Assembly: GCA_002269645.1 (NCBI GenBank)
Contig: NIVC01003123.1
Span: forward strand, 1-64,000
Length of the DNA: 64,000 nt
Reading direction: 5' to 3'
From: Macrostomum lignano
Taxonomy: Eukaryota
The notes under the pieces are model-generated. The model did not search any database. It was not told where the DNA came from and worked only from the letters and a program-made list of their open reading frames with translations. The stretch's first letter is position 1. Every line of letters begins with the position of its first letter. A program made the position numbers and the translations under genes. This document shows positions 63,262 through 64,000 of this stretch, one piece after another.

Positions 63262-63375
63262 CCTGAGCACGATCAGCTTTCGACCTTCATAAGCGCTGCC
63301 GATCTCCTGCTGTCGGCAGGTGTTGCTTCTCAGCAAGTTGCATTGCTGAGCCAGCGTATTCACAGCCTCCAGAAG
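63262..63375 (-). CDS. Carboxypeptidase exon (LLEAVNTLAQQCNLL...EIGSAYEGRKLIVLR)
   Basis: IGxSxEGR motif, TTCAG acceptor and AGG|GTGAGT donor. Confidence 0.88.
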
Positions 63376-63409
63376 CTGAATTTAGGAATGGTTTGGTAGT
63401 TAGGACTCT

Positions 63410-63960
63410 ATCAGCCACCTCAATCAGCAGTACTCAGCCACCTCAATCAGCAGTACTCAGCCACCTCAATCAGCAGTACTCAGCCACTTCAATCAGCAGT
63501 ACTCAGCCACCTCAATCAGCAGTACTCAGCCACTTCAATCAGCAGTACTCAGCCACCTCAATCAGCAGTACTCAGCCACCTCAATCAGCAGTACTCAGCC
63601 ACCTCAATCAGCAGTACTCAGCCACCTCAATCAGCAGTACTCAGCCACCTCAATCAGCAGTACTCAGCCACCTCAATCAGCAGTACTCAGCCACCTCAAT
63701 CAGCAGTACTCAGCCACCTCAATCAGCAGTACTCAGCCACCTCAATCAGCAGTACTCAGCCACCTCAATCAGCAGTACTCAGCCACCTCAATCAGCAGTA
63801 CTCAGCCACCTCAATCAGCAGTACTCAGCCACCTCAATCAGCAGTACTCAGCCACTTCAATCAGCCGTACTCAGCCACCTCAATCAGCAGTACTCAGCCA
63901 CCTCAATCAGCAGTACTCAGCCACTTCAATCAGCAGTACTCAGCCACCTCAATCAGCAGT
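63410..63960. repeat. 23-bp intronic minisatellite (CAGCCACCTCAATCAGCAGTACT)
   Basis: Fills the intron 63376-63976. Confidence 0.96.
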
Positions 63961-63976
63961 GACTGCAGCCCCTCAC

Positions 63977-64000
63977 CTGGTCATATCTCAGGTACTGATT
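63977..64000 (-). CDS. Carboxypeptidase exon, partial (NQYLRYDQ); continues beyond the window
   Basis: Resembles the Y(H)xYxE start of the catalytic domain, with a CAG|GTGAGG donor in phase 0. Confidence 0.65.

Overview
This is eukaryotic (animal) genomic DNA. GC-rich exons sit in introns packed with tandem repeats. The overall style suggests a free-living flatworm such as Macrostomum, but that is inference only. I reconstructed four protein-coding genes by hand from GT-AG splice sites with consistent phases. (1) A secreted neuropeptide-precursor-like ORF (925-1380, +) behind a 5'UTR intron. (2) A two-exon rhodopsin-class peptide GPCR (7811-8105 + 13231-14075, +) with degenerate activation microswitches. 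(3) A stomatin/MEC-2-like gene (+) with six core exons (42535-51597). It is preceded over 26 kb by at least five candidate alternative first coding exons, all ending in phase-1 donors, plus one symmetric Cys-rich cassette exon. (4) A convergent M14 zinc carboxypeptidase with a CPB-type Asp255 (-, 57772 to beyond 64000, 8 exons in the window). Mobile DNA includes a young RTE-like LINE with a twin-priming 5' inversion, two tRNA-derived SINE families, a hAT MITE, a long-TIR foldback MITE nested in a SINE, mariner and pogo-like remnants, and a Penelope-like fragment carrying a minimal hammerhead ribozyme. About 30 distinct mini- and microsatellites are present, and one of them is a homotypic array of RFX X-boxes. 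Most long ORFs in the supplied track are repeat artefacts. All coordinates were counted by eye; no alignments or database searches were run, and repeat boundaries are approximate.
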